This document shows positions 61,020 through 64,000 of a stretch of DNA of 64,000 nucleotides, piece by piece; within the stretch, counting starts at the first letter, position 1; every line of letters begins with the position of its first letter. The notes beneath the pieces are model-generated. The model had not been told where the DNA came from. It ran no database searches and was given only the letters and a program-made list of their open reading frames with translations. The stretch is from positions 4,926 to 68,925 of the forward strand of contig CAZRKQ010000050.1 in NCBI GenBank assembly GCA_964600755.1, given 5' to 3'. Origin of the DNA: an uncultured Thiotrichaceae bacterium. GTDB lineage: Bacteria > Pseudomonadota > Gammaproteobacteria > SZUA-229. The translations under genes were made by a program, and so were the position numbers.

Positions 61020-61787
61020 GTGTCAGTCAATATAAAAACCGTAGAAGAAATAGAAAAAATGCGCATAGCGGGCCACCTTGCGGGTGAGGTGCTGCAAATG
61101 ATACGCCCCTACGTAAAAGCAGGCATATCTACCGGGGAGCTGGACAGTATTTGCCATGACTATATCGTAAACACTCAGAGAGCAATTCCAGCACCGCTGA
61201 ACTATCATGGTTTCCCGAAGTCGATTTGCACTTCCGTTAATCACCAGGTCTGTCATGGTATTCCGGGTGACAAGATATTAAAAATCGGTGATATCCTGAA
61301 TATCGATATCACCGTGATCAAGGATGAATACCACGGCGACACCAGTAAAATGTTCATGATTGGCGAACCGAATATCAAATCGGCCCGAGTCAGTAAAATT
61401 GCGCACGAGTGCCTGATTATCGGCATTGAACAGGTAAAACCCGGAACGCATCTCGGTGATATAGGCCATGCAATTCAGCAGCACGCAGAGTCCAGTCATT
61501 GTTCTGTTGTACGTGAATATTGCGGCCATGGTATTGGACGTGGATTTCACGAAGATCCCCAGGTACTGCACTATGGCAAGCCCGGCACAGGTATTCAGCT
61601 TGAACCTGGAATGACTTTTACCATTGAACCCATGATTAATGCCGGCAAGCGCCACGTCAAGTTACTCAACGACAACTGGACTGTTGTGACCAAAGACCAC
61701 AGTCCCTCTGCTCAGTGGGAACATACCATCCTCGTAACTGCCGATAGTTATGAGGTCCTGACACAATGCCCAGGCGACGAGATCTGA
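61020..61787 (+). CDS. map: Methionine aminopeptidase type I
   Basis: 255 aa. Divergent from rpsB, as in E. coli. MAP metal-binding residues are in context. Confidence 0.95.
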   Translation: MSVNIKTVEEIEKMRIAGHLAGEVLQMIRPYVKAGISTGELDSICHDYIVNTQRAIPAPLNYHGFPKSICTSVNHQVCHGIPGDKILKIGDILNIDITVIKDEYHGDTSKMFMIGEPNIKSARVSKIAHECLIIGIEQVKPGTHLGDIGHAIQQHAESSHCSVVREYCGHGIGRGFHEDPQVLHYGKPGTGIQLEPGMTFTIEPMINAGKRHVKLLNDNWTVVTKDHSPSAQWEHTILVTADSYEVLTQCPGDEI

Positions 61788-61788
61788 C

Positions 61789-64000
61789 ATGCATGCAATA
61801 AATACAACATTGAACAACGATATCAACTGCCTTTTCGATGCACAGCAACTGAGGGAAGTACTGCAATCAGATCCAGACAATGCGTTGCCGACACTAAAGT
61901 CTTCTATCACAGCTATCAATGATGGCCTGAAGACCCTGTATCAGAGTGGAGCACCGGTGGAGGAAATCGTGCTTGGCCGTGCGTCCCTGGTTGATCGGCT
62001 GTTAATTACACTGTTTGAACATTATTTTTCATTAATCGGTCAACCCATTGCACTCATAGCGGTTGGCGGATATGGACGTGGCGAGCTGCATCCTGCTTCC
62101 GACATCGATCTGATGCTGCTATTGCAGGATGAAGAAGACGAGCAAACACAAGATGTTATAGAAAAATTCATTATGCTGCTGTGGGACGGCCGCCTCGAAA
62201 TTGGTCATAGCGTCCGCACCCTGGATGAATGCGCAGATGAAGCGGTAAACGACATTACCGTCGCAACCAATATCATGGAATCACGCCTGCTTTCAGGTGA
62301 TAAGGCGTTGTTTGATCAAATGCACATTTTGACTGGACCAGACAGAATGTGGGACGACCAGTCCTTCTTTCAGGCCAAGCTGAAGGAGCAAATTCTACGC
62401 AATGGAAAATACAATGACACTGCCTACAACCTGGAACCAAACATAAAAGAAGGTCATGGCGGCCTCAGGGACATCCAGATGATAGGCTGGGTAGCAAAGC
62501 GCCATTTTGGTGCATCCAGCTTATATGACCTGGTTGATCATAACTTCTTGCGTGAAGATGAGCTCAAGACATTACTTGACGGTCAGCAATTGCTTTGGCG
62601 AATTCGCTGCAGCATGCATTACCTGACCGGGCGTCGTGAAGATCGCCTGTTATTTGATTATCAACACCAGCTTGCTGTTGAGTTTGGTTTCGAAGACGAC
62701 AAAGAATCAGCAAGAAGCAATATCGCTATCGAGCAGTTCATGCAACAGTATTATCGCACTGTAATGGAACTCGAGCGATTAAATGAAACGCTGTTGCAGC
62801 TGTTTCGTGAAGCCATTCTGTATATGGACAAGCCCGGTGAAACAATTGTAATCAATGAGTCATTTCAGATAAAACATGGTTATATTGAAGTTACACATAA
62901 AGATGTTTTCAGGAACAGGCCAACTACCCTGCTGGAACTGTTCCTGGTCAATGAGCAACACCCCGAGATACAGGGCGTGCGCGCAGAAACAATTCGGCTA
63001 ATTCGCGAAAACAGGCACCTGATTAACGATGAGTTTCGCCAATCCGATGAGGCCAAACGTCTGTTCATACACATCATCCGTCAAAGCCGTGGTGTAACAC
63101 ACGAATTCAGGCGCATGAACCGATATGGCATTCTTGCCGCCTATATTCCTGCTTTTGCCCAGATTGTAGGACGCATGCAATACGATCTTTTTCATGCCTA
63201 TACTGTAGATCAGCATACGCTTTTCGTATTACGCAATATGCGTCGTTTGACAGTACCCGAATTCTGTCATGAGTTCCCACTGGCAAGCGGCATATCACAT
63301 CATCTGAAAAAACCCGAATTACTATATCTCGCCGGTCTGTTTCACGATATTGCCAAAGGTCGGGACGGTGATCACTCTGAACTTGGCGCTGTAGATGCAC
63401 TGGAGTTTTGTCTTGATCATGACTTGAACCAGGAAGATGCCGATCTTGTCAGCTGGATGGTTCGTAACCACCTCGTCATGTCGATTACAGCACAGCGCAA
63501 AGATATCAGCAATCCTGAAATAATCGCCGAGTTTACTGAGAAAGTAGACACCCTGGAAAAGCTCGATTATCTCTACTTGCTGACAATGTGTGATATACGC
63601 GCGACCAATCCCAAGCAATGGAACAGCTGGAAAGACAAACTGCTTATTGAGCTGTACAACAAAACCGCGCAAGTATTGCAGCAAGGATTTGAATACCAGG
63701 CCAACAGGCAGGATGATATTGACCATAACCGCACTTACGCATTCAGAAACCTGTCCAAGGAAGGTTTTGGCACGCTCGAACTCAGTGCTATCTGGGATAA
63801 TTTCACCGACGAATATTTTCTCCGGCATACGCCAGCCGAGATTGTCTGGCACACCAGGCTGATTAGCAAGCATGCCAACAAAGACATACCGGTAGTAAAA
63901 ACAAGAACCGACCAGCAAACTGGCAGCATGGAATTATTTGTCTTCAGCAGGTCTGTATCTCACATGTTTGCGCGAATTGTTAGTGTTCTCGGACAGTTAA
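61789..64000 (+). CDS. glnD: Bifunctional uridylyltransferase/uridylyl-removing enzyme GlnD (5' portion; runs off the right edge of the window)
   Basis: Open frame from ATG 61789 to the window end; it was not in the ORF track because it has no stop. Nucleotidyltransferase motif GGYGRGELHPASDIDL and HD domain (LFHDIAKGRDGDHSELG). Confidence 0.9.
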   Translation, partial: MHAINTTLNNDINCLFDAQQLREVLQSDPDNALPTLKSSITAINDGLKTLYQSGAPVEEIVLGRASLVDRLLITLFEHYFSLIGQPIALIAVGGYGRGELHPASDIDLMLLLQDEEDEQTQDVIEKFIMLLWDGRLEIGHSVRTLDECADEAVNDITVATNIMESRLLSGDKALFDQMHILTGPDRMWDDQSFFQAKLKEQILRNGKYNDTAYNLEPNIKEGHGGLRDIQMIGWVAKRHFGASSLYDLVDHNFLREDELKTLLDGQQLLWRIRCSMHYLTGRREDRLLFDYQHQLAVEFGFEDDKESARSNIAIEQFMQQYYRTVMELERLNETLLQLFREAILYMDKPGETIVINESFQIKHGYIEVTHKDVFRNRPTTLLELFLVNEQHPEIQGVRAETIRLIRENRHLINDEFRQSDEAKRLFIHIIRQSRGVTHEFRRMNRYGILAAYIPAFAQIVGRMQYDLFHAYTVDQHTLFVLRNMRRLTVPEFCHEFPLASGISHHLKKPELLYLAGLFHDIAKGRDGDHSELGAVDALEFCLDHDLNQEDADLVSWMVRNHLVMSITAQRKDISNPEIIAEFTEKVDTLEKLDYLYLLTMCDIRATNPKQWNSWKDKLLIELYNKTAQVLQQGFEYQANRQDDIDHNRTYAFRNLSKEGFGTLELSAIWDNFTDEYFLRHTPAEIVWHTRLISKHANKDIPVVKTRTDQQTGSMELFVFSRSVSHMFARIVSVLGQL

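Overview
This window is a chromosomal segment from a moderately AT-rich gammaproteobacterium. Most of it is conserved housekeeping gene blocks, interrupted by accessory islands and many small repeat families.

Housekeeping blocks (gene order read along the minus strand where noted):
- hflD, a ycaO-domain gene, mtnP, hpt, nagZ, yqiA.
- pyrG-kdsA-eno-ftsB-ispD-ispF.
- glnD / map / rpsB-tsf-pyrH-frr-uppS-cdsA-dxr-rseP-bamA-skp-lpxD-fabZ-lpxA.

Accessory and unusual content:
- A Cyc2-type fused monoheme cytochrome c-porin, a candidate outer-membrane Fe(II) oxidase. Its PxFARxxxxxCxxCH motif is intact, and it sits divergent from a two-component system.
- A beta-CASP MBL-fold RNase gene followed by a Host_attach-family gene.
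- A three-gene lipid head-group module: CarS-like cytidylyltransferase, CDP-alcohol phosphatidyltransferase and an EEP-family phosphatase.
- A PA2779/PA2778-type small-protein and C39-like lipoprotein peptidase pair.
- A second lpxA paralog, next to a HesB-like gene and an ATP-grasp gene.
- An AmmeMemoRadiSam-type radical SAM gene without its usual partners.
- A GC-rich IS481-family insertion sequence nested inside a long palindromic repeat element.

Repeats and structures:
- At least four copies of a GC-rich CGCAGAGG/CGCAAAGG inverted-repeat (REP/MITE-like) family.
- Three loci of a 7-bp ACTAGGG/ACTGGGG tandem-repeat family.
- A 375-bp MITE-like element carrying a perfect 28-bp palindrome.
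- A highly structured ~160-nt intergenic element.
- A 15-bp lysine-rich (KKVAK)n coding repeat that is nearly identical at nucleotide level in two unrelated genes: the N-terminus of an HU-like protein and a ~100-aa C-terminal extension of ribosomal protein S2.

No tRNA or rRNA genes, CRISPR arrays or recognisable defence systems were found.
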